The notes below the pieces were generated by a model. It did not search any database. It had not been told where the DNA came from and saw only the letters and a list, made by a program, of their open reading frames with translations. 64,000 nt of DNA from a virus. Its lineage: Duplodnaviria; Heunggongvirae; Uroviricota; Caudoviricetes. Each line of letters starts with the position of its first letter. The stretch's first letter is position 1. The position numbers and the translations under genes are program-made. Below, in pieces: positions 47,001 through 54,051 of the stretch. The DNA lies in IMG/VR virus record IMGVR_UViG_3300042898_001927. One strand, written 5' to 3'.

Positions 47001-47894
47001 TTTCGCTCCACGGCCGCCACCACCTAATCCACCTTGACCTTGGGTTACGCCGGATGCGCCACCTCCGCCTGCATAGTATGTCGATGTACCGATAATACTG
47101 ATCAGCCGGCCGATGCCCCCTGTTCCTCCAACTGTTGGACTACCGGTAGTGACGCCACCGACACCACCAGCGCCGCCACCCGCGCTACCATTTTGCCCGG
47201 TGGCGTCACCTCCATTAAAACCTTCTCCCACGATACCGGTGCCACCAACTTGTCCGGACGCTCCGCCGCCACCTGATCCGCCACCACCACCTGGTGTTGG
47301 GAAGATGCCACCTATAAATCCGTCTGCACCGCCACCGCCACCACCAAATCCACCACCAGTTGGGTTAATAACACCAACCGGAAAGCCTGTAATTGAGCTG
47401 TTAGTTCCCGAAGTAAGAGCTGCGCCGCCACCCCCTACGGTTACTGTTTTAGTGCCAGCGGATATCTCAAGATTTTCATAAAATCTCACTCCACCAGCGC
47501 CCCCACCACCACCAACGTGGTTTCCAGTTCGACCGTATCCACCTCCGCCGCCGCCGGCAACCAGCAAAGCAGACACGTTGCTGATAGAGGTAGTGGGTGT
47601 AAAATCTCCGCTACTGGTAAAAGAATGAACAGTAAAGCTAGTAGCAGAAGTATCGACTACTGTATACGACTCTGTCGGTGGTACTATGACCGTTCGAACA
47701 ACATTACCTCCTTCATCGACAAGTTCTATAGGTACAGGAATTGTCGATGTATTGGTAAAAGTACCTACTGTGTAAAATGTGTGATAATAGTAGTTGTCGC
47801 CGCCAACACGATTGATCGTAACAATTCCGCCTGTGCCGGAATAAGTAGGCCCAATGTATCTCTGTCTAGCTGTTACACCTAAATCGTATGCCAT
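41037..47894 (-). CDS. Giant fibre protein with ~6 LamG/ConA-like lectin modules separated by glycine-rich modules
   Basis: 2285 aa. The repeated motifs are FTIEAWIY/FTVEAWIY/FTIECWIY, WYHVAVTR/WNHVAVVK/WIHVSVTRR and LFVNG/LFLNG/LWING/IYINGV, typical of laminin-G/pentraxin-type jelly-rolls. They are interleaved with the same GGGG...GGSGVVIIKYQT modules as in neighbouring genes. Confidence 0.75.
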   Translation of the reverse strand: MAYDLGVTARQRYIGPTYSGTGGIVTINRVGGDNYYYHTFYTVGTFTNTSTIPVPIELVDEGGNVVRTVIVPPTESYTVVDTSATSFTVHSFTSSGDFTPTTSISNVSALLVAGGGGGGYGRTGNHVGGGGGAGGVRFYENLEISAGTKTVTVGGGGAALTSGTNSSITGFPVGVINPTGGGFGGGGGGADGFIGGIFPTPGGGGGSGGGGASGQVGGTGIVGEGFNGGDATGQNGSAGGGAGGVGGVTTGSPTVGGTGGIGRLISIIGTSTYYAGGGGASGVTQGQGGLGGGGRGAKDNGTTAAADLCTPGDPNTGGGGGAGAPTNSKVGGSGGSGVVIIKYQTSLGTATGGTISYVTEQAPLTVRYPAQSSNAPEPNFKNTTLLLSSEIKTTFVDDSSVNNFNVSILGDTRPDNFHPYAENYSIKFNGSTNYLRLASTSTVAFGSDNFTVEAWIYVTGAPGTYRTIYSTRPSSATAGIYTGGAFGVNPTGGLYWYMGEFVANNVSDLLLTNNWNHVAVVKHAGYINLFLNGSVVPNNDAEGVNAVPVEYLVVAGGGAGGAASGSNGGGGGGGAGGVISTSTILTGGVPYAISVGGGGTGVAGNLGNTGSNTIISGANLSTITAIGGGGGGGGNSANSTDVDGSSGGSGGGGSGDAAFSTPLIANGLGTPGQGNDGGAGGNGTSGNQAGGGGGGGGAPGSSSVSNTAGNGGVGVLDSISGTSTYYAGGGGGAQSTVGGSTAGTGGLGGGGNGSNVGINGSPGTPNTGGGGGGAGRGSPTPTTGGSGGSGLVIIRHSATLTQATVTGGVTVVNTGGNILYTFTASGSILFAGTAPIQNELTLTTATIGANLNGSELFNGYISNLRVVKGEGLYTEEFSVGTQPLPTATIGHTSVDSAITGTVALLTASSNRIVDKSPANLSFTTGTAAVSNLQPFNYISPYSSQGSAYFDGTGDYLTAPGASPLNFGNSDFTIECWIYGTGLSSSNFMILSNDGPTRSAGSISFFATPTNFGIQRIIDTGGNAETIAITGSVPQNQWVHLAATKVGTTVRLFLNGSLVTTQTTSYLSWGNQVNTVQIGRRNITSFENNFIGYISNLRVVNGTAVYINNFPPPFRPLTAIPNTSLLTLQNNGLANNRAFYDKSIVNSTITPVGTTVSQGTFSPHGQGWSGYFDGTGDYLTLTGESLSATDWTIECWVFFNNFTNTTPHIFNFGTDVNNRYVLFRDSSGVFRLTTLNAAAGSPAIGTATVLANTWYHVAVTRNSSTGVATLFVNGIAEATSTNASLSSGTSWAIGWQHFGGVAGDYINGYISNFRVTNSIIYTTSGILQVNYTIPGTYSWIAPEGVTSVSVVCVGGGGAGANNVNGGGGGGLGWKNNIAVVPGQSYTLVVGAAGVPATSTLNVNGGNGGDSYFISTSTVRGGGGRGGQPSGANIGGTFTGDGGGSGGAGGFYSGVGSAQGAGGGGAGGYAGNGGAGARASGQATDPGSAGAGAGGAGGGGGSSFNDTNGNGNFVSGGAGGGGVGIFGQGTSGAAGPSSGSGAGIGGSGGSGGTAGANGTGILFATAARGGAGGLYGGGGGGSGGVGASGSPTVTGGAAGAGAVRIISGPGRSFPFADTADIIGIRPTSELPRISNTVLLTLQSNRFVDNSGNNFTISSFGNASIQRFSPYRTPGYNSLINSGSMYFNGSSDYLDIAYDQDHVIGTSDFTIEAWIYLLNFTGSKTILSSAPSLATGAYYLGTTNITGFLTFDFSNSTIITGTTKVPLNSWIHVSVTRRAGTLYLWINGQLDGSAAFTNSIDVAGGLHVGSQRGSGSNFFTGYMSDVRLVIGTALYAGPNYTPLTAIDNTVLLTAQSSGLIDNSTYDNTIGGSAFISTSTPFANNISNDGYYSYSFINTAPTKQVLSVANTSTLNFGSNNFTIEAWIYPTDVDGEHVIASLYGYSNNRRSWYLAVRNGEILFRVGTGSGASILYSNQEILPNTWYFISAIKQGTTAKIYINGVLDSTDTGIASSIYNNTVDPIYIGAVGPSLTGYYQGLISNLRILKGTARIPTADVIDTSNFTTPQSPARAVPNTVLLLDGTNGAIVDRTGRNHVIAVGESKLQNSAIEYYPDAAAVMSFDGSGDYLYIENSVFDYASNFTIEFWFYANSRGGAEGSGFIFNGTTSSNANRVQLGINALGGIYAYVETGSVTANSAISANELVNVGFWYHAAYVRNENTLTVYLNGASVASTTLTVVPTLPANLYVGFLRSAAALQYFNGYINDLRITKGVARYTSNFTVFRAPYPTR

Positions 47895-47898
47895 TAAT

Positions 47899-48261
47899 TT
47901 ATTCTGTTGGGAAAGTGACTGCTATCCAATTTAGACTATCTTCATCCCAAGTGTATGTTGTGTTATCTTGAGATTCGGGCATGGCAACAGGGGCAGACCA
48001 TATGCAGGTGTCTTCGTCTAATATCCAGCTAGGATACGGTTGCGGTATATAGAATGCATCTCTAACTGCATCATATACATAACCAATGCCCGCATAATTT
48101 TTACGTAGCGGACGACCTTCTGGATGTTGCCCAGCATAGGTGTTATAACTGGTTTGAATCCAAGATGCAGGATCTCCTACTAGACCAGTATCAATAAAAT
48201 CTTGTTCTGCAACAATGACCTGCGTAACAATACCGTTTTCAACTTTAGCAAAATGACTCAT
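47899..48261 (-). CDS. Hypothetical protein (tandem paralog A)
   Basis: 120 aa. The C-terminus YPSWILDEDTCIWSAPVAMPESQDNTTYTWDEDSLNWIAV is a paralog of the C-terminus of 48323..48745. A TATAAATA late promoter lies upstream at 48292-48299. Confidence 0.5.
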   Translation of the reverse strand: MSHFAKVENGIVTQVIVAEQDFIDTGLVGDPASWIQTSYNTYAGQHPEGRPLRKNYAGIGYVYDAVRDAFYIPQPYPSWILDEDTCIWSAPVAMPESQDNTTYTWDEDSLNWIAVTFPTE

Positions 48262-48291
48262 TTTAATCCTTTTAATTAACTATGATACAGT

Positions 48292-48299
48292 TATTTATA
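48292..48299 (-). promoter_or_regulatory. T4-type late promoter (TATAAATA)
   Basis: On the minus strand it reads TTATAAATAACTG, about 31 nt upstream of the start at 48261. Confidence 0.6.
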
Positions 48300-48322
48300 A
48301 CTCAGTAGAATAGGCCAATTGC

Positions 48323-48745
48323 TTATTCTGAACTAATTTCTATCCAACTTAGACTAGGTTCGTCCCAAATGTATGCTACATTGTCGTGTTTATCTGGTCT
48401 AGGAATAGGTGCTTCAAACATACAAAGTTCTTCATTAAAAATCCAAGAAGAGTATCCGTCGTTTTCTATCCATGCAGCTTTAACTTGATCCTGTAAAGCT
48501 GTTTTTTCTTCTTGGGTCATAGGTCTAATGTGCCAAACATCTTTGACAATCCCATCTACCCATTCGTAGGTTACGCCTTCATTAATCTCATAATGAGAAA
48601 TTTGGGGACACTCAACTCTTTCAAAGGGTACAAAAATGCTGGGAATATTATCAGGATCTATTTCGGGATAAGCAGCCAGCAAATTTTCCAATACAATTGG
48701 ATGACCCGTTGGCTGACCGTTTTCTAATCTAATGTATAAATTCAT
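48323..48745 (-). CDS. Hypothetical protein (tandem paralog B)
   Basis: 140 aa. The C-terminus YSSWIFNEELCMFEAPIPRPDKHDNVAYIWDEPSLSWIEI matches paralog A. Confidence 0.5.
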   Translation of the reverse strand: MNLYIRLENGQPTGHPIVLENLLAAYPEIDPDNIPSIFVPFERVECPQISHYEINEGVTYEWVDGIVKDVWHIRPMTQEEKTALQDQVKAAWIENDGYSSWIFNEELCMFEAPIPRPDKHDNVAYIWDEPSLSWIEISSE

Positions 48746-48747
48746 AA

Positions 48748-50481
48748 TTAACGATCTGCTGTGTTTGTAGTAGGATACAATCTTTCTCGACCATATATGA
48801 TACGCACAGCACCGGATCCGGCTCCTATAACTGCTGTATTATCTCCGCCGGGTGCTCCACCGCCGTACAGACCTCCGCTAGCATTTGCACCCCTGGCACC
48901 GTTGCCTCCTGCATTTGATCCGTTGCCGCCACCTGTACCGTCGCCTGCACCGCCTCCAGCACCGGCAACACCATTAGCGCCTTGTCCTAATATGTCGGTT
49001 CCGCCGCCGCCAGCGCCGTTGTCAGCTGAACCACCAGCGCCACCACCACCACCGCCTCCACCAGATCCTGCTGCTCCACCTACACCACTTGATGTACCGG
49101 AGTTACCGCCGCCACCACCGCCATTGCCACTATAGCCCCCGGCACCGCCGCCGCCGCCACCGACTGCGGACGCACCGTTGCCGCCACCACCACCGGCGCC
49201 ACCGCCTATTATTCCTCCAAACGGATTAAACACCAATGCATTACCGCCAGTTGCACCGGCGCCACCGCCACCACCGCCTGCACTACTTGCTCCGCTATCA
49301 TATCCAAGATCGTCACCGCCTGCGAACCCTTGTCCTGCTGTTCCTGAACCAGGTCCTAAACTCTGTCCGTTTTCGCCTGCGCCGCCACCTGATCCGCCAT
49401 TAGTGGCCTGCACAGTCCAGGTTCCACCGCCACCGCCACCGATGGCTATTATCTGTACTGCCGTGGATAGTACGAAAGAACTATTATTTCCGCTGCCTCC
49501 GACTACAAATCCGGCAGTGTTTGTTCCACCAGCGCCAATAGTTACAGTATGTTCCCCAGCAGGCACAGTTAATGCTGCGCGAGTCGCTCCGCCAGCGCCC
49601 CCACCACCACTGGCAATACTTGTACCCTGACTACCACCGCCACCGCCACCGCCAGCTACTACGAGATATTCTACATTAAAACTACCTGCGGTTGTAAATG
49701 TTCCACTTGCTGTAAAAACATGAACATTATAAACATAAATTCCTTCTGTTATAGAAGTTATCGTATTACCACCAGTCGCAGAATTTCCAGTTGGTACTGA
49801 ATCGATTGAAGTAATGTAGCGAAGGACAGTAATGCCACTGCCGCCGGATCCGCCAGGCTGAGCGGCTTCATTACCGTTGGTTAGTGATCCACCACCGCCT
49901 CCACCGGTATTTGCTGTTCCTGCTGAGCCTTGGCCAGTTGTTAATGTTCGGCCGTTGCCACCACCGCCAATACCTACTGTACCTCCCCCAGAACTTCCTG
50001 CTCCTCCTCCACCGCCGGCATAGAACACAGAACTTCCAGTGATAGATGATTCTATTCCATTTCCGCCAATTCCGCCAATAGAACTACTTAAACTAGTCCC
50101 GCCGCCGCCAGCGCCTCCGGTTGTAGTTACAGCAGGACTTCCGCCTGTTGCTTCTAATAACACATTTCCGTTTGATGCTCTAGTTAGCCTGCTAGTTCCG
50201 CCGCCACTAGGTGTTGTGGTGCTACTACCTCCGGCACCTCCTACAGTAATAGTCAGTGTTTCTCCAGGAGTTACTGGAAGGTCATTAATCCACCTAAGAC
50301 CGCCACCACCGCCAGCGCCGCCTCCACTGCCAGTAAATCTACCACCACCACCACCGCCGACTAACACAGCACTAACAGCATACACTTCGGTGGGTACCAC
50401 AAAAGAAAAAGATCCCGGCGAAGTATAATTAACTTGACTATCTGCTTGACCCGGAAATCCAGGATTAATCATTATGGCCAT
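48748..50481 (-). CDS. Glycine-rich domain structural protein
   Basis: 577 aa. It has the N-terminal YTSPGSFSFVVPTEVYAVSAVLVGGGGGG module, the internal GGSGITVLRYIT and the C-terminal AVRIIYGRERLYPTTNTADR. Confidence 0.65.
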   Translation of the reverse strand: MAIMINPGFPGQADSQVNYTSPGSFSFVVPTEVYAVSAVLVGGGGGGRFTGSGGGAGGGGGLRWINDLPVTPGETLTITVGGAGGSSTTTPSGGGTSRLTRASNGNVLLEATGGSPAVTTTGGAGGGGTSLSSSIGGIGGNGIESSITGSSVFYAGGGGGAGSSGGGTVGIGGGGNGRTLTTGQGSAGTANTGGGGGGSLTNGNEAAQPGGSGGSGITVLRYITSIDSVPTGNSATGGNTITSITEGIYVYNVHVFTASGTFTTAGSFNVEYLVVAGGGGGGGSQGTSIASGGGGAGGATRAALTVPAGEHTVTIGAGGTNTAGFVVGGSGNNSSFVLSTAVQIIAIGGGGGGTWTVQATNGGSGGGAGENGQSLGPGSGTAGQGFAGGDDLGYDSGASSAGGGGGGAGATGGNALVFNPFGGIIGGGAGGGGGNGASAVGGGGGGAGGYSGNGGGGGGNSGTSSGVGGAAGSGGGGGGGGAGGSADNGAGGGGTDILGQGANGVAGAGGGAGDGTGGGNGSNAGGNGARGANASGGLYGGGAPGGDNTAVIGAGSGAVRIIYGRERLYPTTNTADR

Positions 50482-50484
50482 ATT

Positions 50485-52770
50485 TTAACTAGGTAGATAG
50501 TATAATGTTACTTTTAGGCCAGCAGCTCCTGTGCCAGCAGAAGTGATGTCGATTGTAAATTCAGCATCGTCAGCAATTGAAGTAGTTGCTAATGTTGTAG
50601 GTGTTGCGGCTGTGGTACTAGTTTTCTCATTAGCATCTATTGTCAATTTGTTTGCACCTAAAATTGTAGTTCCATTTACTTTAATATCAACAGTAACTAA
50701 TCCAGAGGTCGATGCTGCTGTTAAACTTGCTCTAGGTATGCTAGATAGCGTTAATGCGTTAGGCGCTCTAAAAGTTACTTTAGATGTTCCTACTGCTACT
50801 GAACCTAGTTCATTAGTTACTGCAACAATAAAAGGAGTTCCGCCACTAGCGCCACGACTACCTACAAATCCTACATCACCTCGGCTACCTGTGAATCCAA
50901 CAGCGCCATTGGTGCCATTAACTCCTCGACTACCTGTGTATCCTGTTGCAGCTGGGGATATAAAGCTCCACTCGTTAGTGCCAGTTTTGATCAATGTACC
51001 AATGCTGAATTGCGTGTTCAACATAGGATATTCAGTGCTGTTTAAGACAACTCCCGGGGCACCTACTACAATAACAGGACCAGTACTCAACTGTTGTAAA
51101 TCAATACGCTGGCCGATGGCAAAATCTGCGGTACTTTCTTCTGGTACAGTGACAGTAGTACCTAGTGTATTGTTTAATTTAACTAATAGTCCTGTGTCAC
51201 TTCCTATTAGTGTATAAGTTGTACCAGTCTGTAGATTCATAGTCTGAATAGAACTGAACCCGCCCAAACTTCCTGTATACCCAAAACTACCTGTATAACC
51301 TAGATCACCTGTCCTAGAGTATTCAACTGCCATTTGGTCAGCAACAATAAACGCAGATAAACTTCCACTTATGTAGGATACCGGAACCATTAAGTAATCT
51401 ACTTCATTTGTAATAGGACCAGTAATATTATACACCGCAGTAGCAGTTGATACGTTAGCATTTTTCTTAAATGATATGTATCCTTTGCTGTCAGGATTAC
51501 TGCTATTGTCCCAACTCAGTATATAATTTTCGTTACTGCTTCCGTAAATATCGAGTTTATTAATATAAATTTCACCAACTGAGCTAGTTACAGTACTGTT
51601 AAACCTAATCCTTCCGTTGGCAATTGCTTCGGTAGTTGTTGTAGGGTCAAATAAGTATTGCAGTCCGCTGCGATTTCCCTGACTTCCTGTATAACCAAAA
51701 CTACCTACGAAGCCCGTGTCCCCTTTGATACCTTGGCTACCGGTAAATCCTATATCACCCTTTTCACCTTGATCACCTATGTCACCTTGACTTCCTGTGT
51801 AGCCTGTTGCAGTGCTTGCACTACCAGTATAACCCATACCTGCAAATGCGCCGTCGATACCTTGGTCGCCCTTGCTACCAGTATATCCTATCTGTCCTAG
51901 ATAACCACTGGCTGAAATTTCAACCCATTGTGTAGTATCGCCATCATCTGTCCAAACTAATTCAATACCGTAGTTGGTATTAAACCATCGATCACCGACT
52001 GCCGGATTAAACGGTGCATTTATAGAGTAAGTATAAGAGCTTTCTCCTCGGCTACCAGTGAAACCATTTGTTCCAGCACTGCCAGTAAATCCAGTACTGC
52101 CATCATACCCGTTGATACCTTGGCTACCAGTAAAGCCGGCACCTTGACTACCAGTATATCCTTCACTTCCAGTATAGCCTACGTCTCCCTGTGATCCAGT
52201 AAAGCCAGCACCTTGACTACCTGTGTAGCCCAAGTCGCCCTGTGACCCGGCATATCCTTGCGATCCAGTAAATCCTTCACTACCTGTGTATCCAGCGTTG
52301 CCTTGACTGCCTGTATAACCATCGATACCATTAATACCTTGACTGCCTGTATATCCTTGACTGCCTGTATAACCATCTACACCAATGTTACCATCTGCAC
52401 CAGCACTTCCTGTATAGCCTATGCTACCAGTGTATCCGATAATTGCGCCAACATCATTCCATGTGGCCCCAGTCCAAACGTTAAGATGTCCGTTATCCGA
52501 TGTAATATATCCATCACCTATGTTGCCTGAGTATGGATCAGGTAATGCACTATATGTAGAAGTTGAACCAATGATAGTTACACTTGTGCCGTCGGCACCT
52601 GTACTACCAGTATAACCTATGCTACCAGTGTATCCACTGTCACCGGCACTACCAGTATAGCCTATTGTAGTAGAGATCGCTTCCCAGTAGGTGCCGTTCC
52701 ATAACCAGGTTCGGTCACCCGCTGAAAATTCTTCATTTAGACTAGGGGTGTTGGGAAAATTAACGGCCAT
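50485..52770 (-). CDS. Collagen-like (GYTGSxGDxGYTGS) fibre protein
   Basis: 761 aa. It has the N-terminal NFP domain, long G-X-Y tracts, the internal VGDRWFNT...QWVEISASGY module and a C-terminal Thr/Ala-rich beta domain. Confidence 0.65.
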   Translation of the reverse strand: MAVNFPNTPSLNEEFSAGDRTWLWNGTYWEAISTTIGYTGSAGDSGYTGSIGYTGSTGADGTSVTIIGSTSTYSALPDPYSGNIGDGYITSDNGHLNVWTGATWNDVGAIIGYTGSIGYTGSAGADGNIGVDGYTGSQGYTGSQGINGIDGYTGSQGNAGYTGSEGFTGSQGYAGSQGDLGYTGSQGAGFTGSQGDVGYTGSEGYTGSQGAGFTGSQGINGYDGSTGFTGSAGTNGFTGSRGESSYTYSINAPFNPAVGDRWFNTNYGIELVWTDDGDTTQWVEISASGYLGQIGYTGSKGDQGIDGAFAGMGYTGSASTATGYTGSQGDIGDQGEKGDIGFTGSQGIKGDTGFVGSFGYTGSQGNRSGLQYLFDPTTTTEAIANGRIRFNSTVTSSVGEIYINKLDIYGSSNENYILSWDNSSNPDSKGYISFKKNANVSTATAVYNITGPITNEVDYLMVPVSYISGSLSAFIVADQMAVEYSRTGDLGYTGSFGYTGSLGGFSSIQTMNLQTGTTYTLIGSDTGLLVKLNNTLGTTVTVPEESTADFAIGQRIDLQQLSTGPVIVVGAPGVVLNSTEYPMLNTQFSIGTLIKTGTNEWSFISPAATGYTGSRGVNGTNGAVGFTGSRGDVGFVGSRGASGGTPFIVAVTNELGSVAVGTSKVTFRAPNALTLSSIPRASLTAASTSGLVTVDIKVNGTTILGANKLTIDANEKTSTTAATPTTLATTSIADDAEFTIDITSAGTGAAGLKVTLYYLPS

Positions 52771-52790
52771 TCATAATCTCTTTAATTCAA

Positions 52791-52798
52791 TATTTATA
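52791..52798 (-). promoter_or_regulatory. T4-type late promoter (TATAAATA)
   Basis: On the minus strand it reads ACTATAAATATTG, about 21 nt upstream of the ATG at 52770. Confidence 0.6.
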
Positions 52799-52811
52799 GT
52801 ATGTTTTACTT

Positions 52812-53666
52812 TTAAAATGTGATACTACCTGAACTGTTGAATTGATAGTATCGGTAACCGCCAGATAGTGTGATTGTCGGGCTCCCTGTTGTGCTAGTTG
52901 CGGCATTGAATGCGTCTGAATAGCGAATAACTACAACTCCAGATCCACCAGCACCACCAGTATTACCAGCACTAGAACCACCTCCACCTCCACCACCGGT
53001 GTTCACTGTTCCTGCAATGCCATTTGCGCTAGTTCGGGCACCAGCACCACCACCGCCAATACCGCCTGTTCCTGCTGTTGCGGTTTCCCGTGTGCTTCCA
53101 CCACCCCCGCCAGCGTAGTAGTTACCGTCTACCCACTGTAATCCGGCCCCGCCATTACCTGCATTTTGGCCAGAGGCATTTGCGCCTACTGCGTTTGCGC
53201 CGCCACCACCGCCACCAGGATACCCGCTAGGAGAAAAGGCGCCGGCGCCACCGTTATTGCCTTGTCCTACTGTGCCAGCACCGCCGATACCATTGTAGCC
53301 GCCGCCGCCACCAGAGCCACCAGCGCCACCGTTCACGTCATGTGAACCGTAACCGCCACCTGTTGATGTTACTCCAAATGCACTTGAGTTATTACCGCTA
53401 GATCCGTTATTTGGCCACACGCCTCCAGCGCCACCTGATCCGACTGTGATTGTATATGTTTGTTGAATAACTGATGCAGTTCCCGATCGATATCCACCTG
53501 CACCGCCTCCTCCTCCGCCACCGCCACCTCCGCCACCGCCGGCTACCACTAGATATTCAACTGAAGAAAGAACCAGTAGTGGCCAGTTTGACCCCATTAA
53601 ACTATTGCGTACATCTAGTAATGACCAAATACCGCTAGCACTACCAGTGGATGGAAATTGAGCCAT
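52812..53666 (-). CDS. Glycine-rich domain structural protein
   Basis: 284 aa. It has EYLVVAGGGGGGGGGGGGAGG and the C-terminal GGSGVVVIRYS. Confidence 0.6.
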   Translation of the reverse strand: MAQFPSTGSASGIWSLLDVRNSLMGSNWPLLVLSSVEYLVVAGGGGGGGGGGGGGAGGYRSGTASVIQQTYTITVGSGGAGGVWPNNGSSGNNSSAFGVTSTGGGYGSHDVNGGAGGSGGGGGYNGIGGAGTVGQGNNGGAGAFSPSGYPGGGGGGANAVGANASGQNAGNGGAGLQWVDGNYYAGGGGGSTRETATAGTGGIGGGGAGARTSANGIAGTVNTGGGGGGGSSAGNTGGAGGSGVVVIRYSDAFNAATSTTGSPTITLSGGYRYYQFNSSGSITF

Positions 53667-53667
53667 T

Positions 53668-54051
53668 TTAACTTATATCCTCATAACTACACGTTACAAT
53701 TAATGTGCTTGTTGTTCCTGCAGTTGCCCCCAAACTATTATTTTCTTCCAAATAATACTGTGTATTTTTTTGTATAACTGTTACTGTGCCTCCAGAAGGA
53801 ACTGTAACGTTACTTGCAATTGCAAATGCTGTTCCACCGACGTTGGCAGCATTATACCAAGCAACCGTAACGGCAGCTGTGTTAGGACCGTAATTAGCTA
53901 CGTTTAATGTATTAACCTTTAGGCACTTATTGCTACTAGCAGCATTACTCAACACCACCGTTGTTGCTGTAGTAGTCAGACTAGTACCTGTTGTTTTGCC
54001 ATTGATTGTTGTTGCGCCGATTAAGTTTGGTGCTGCCATATTATCCTCCAA
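53668..54051 (-). CDS. Small MAAPN-family protein (cassette paralog 2)
   Basis: 127 aa. MAAPNLIGATTI...SNAASSNKCLKVNTL is a paralog of 37110..37481. Confidence 0.5.
   Translation of the reverse strand: MEDNMAAPNLIGATTINGKTTGTSLTTTATTVVLSNAASSNKCLKVNTLNVANYGPNTAAVTVAWYNAANVGGTAFAIASNVTVPSGGTVTVIQKNTQYYLEENNSLGATAGTTSTLIVTCSYEDIS

Noticed and set aside
42943-49630. Proline-rich plus-strand ORFs (e.g. 42943..43458, 45445..45720, 46018..46347, 47113..47481, 48761..49135, 49178..49630, and 34499..35011)
   Set aside because: They are antisense to minus-strand Gly-rich genes. GGN Gly codons read as CCN Pro on the opposite strand. They have no RBS and their boundaries track the Gly runs, so they are artefacts.
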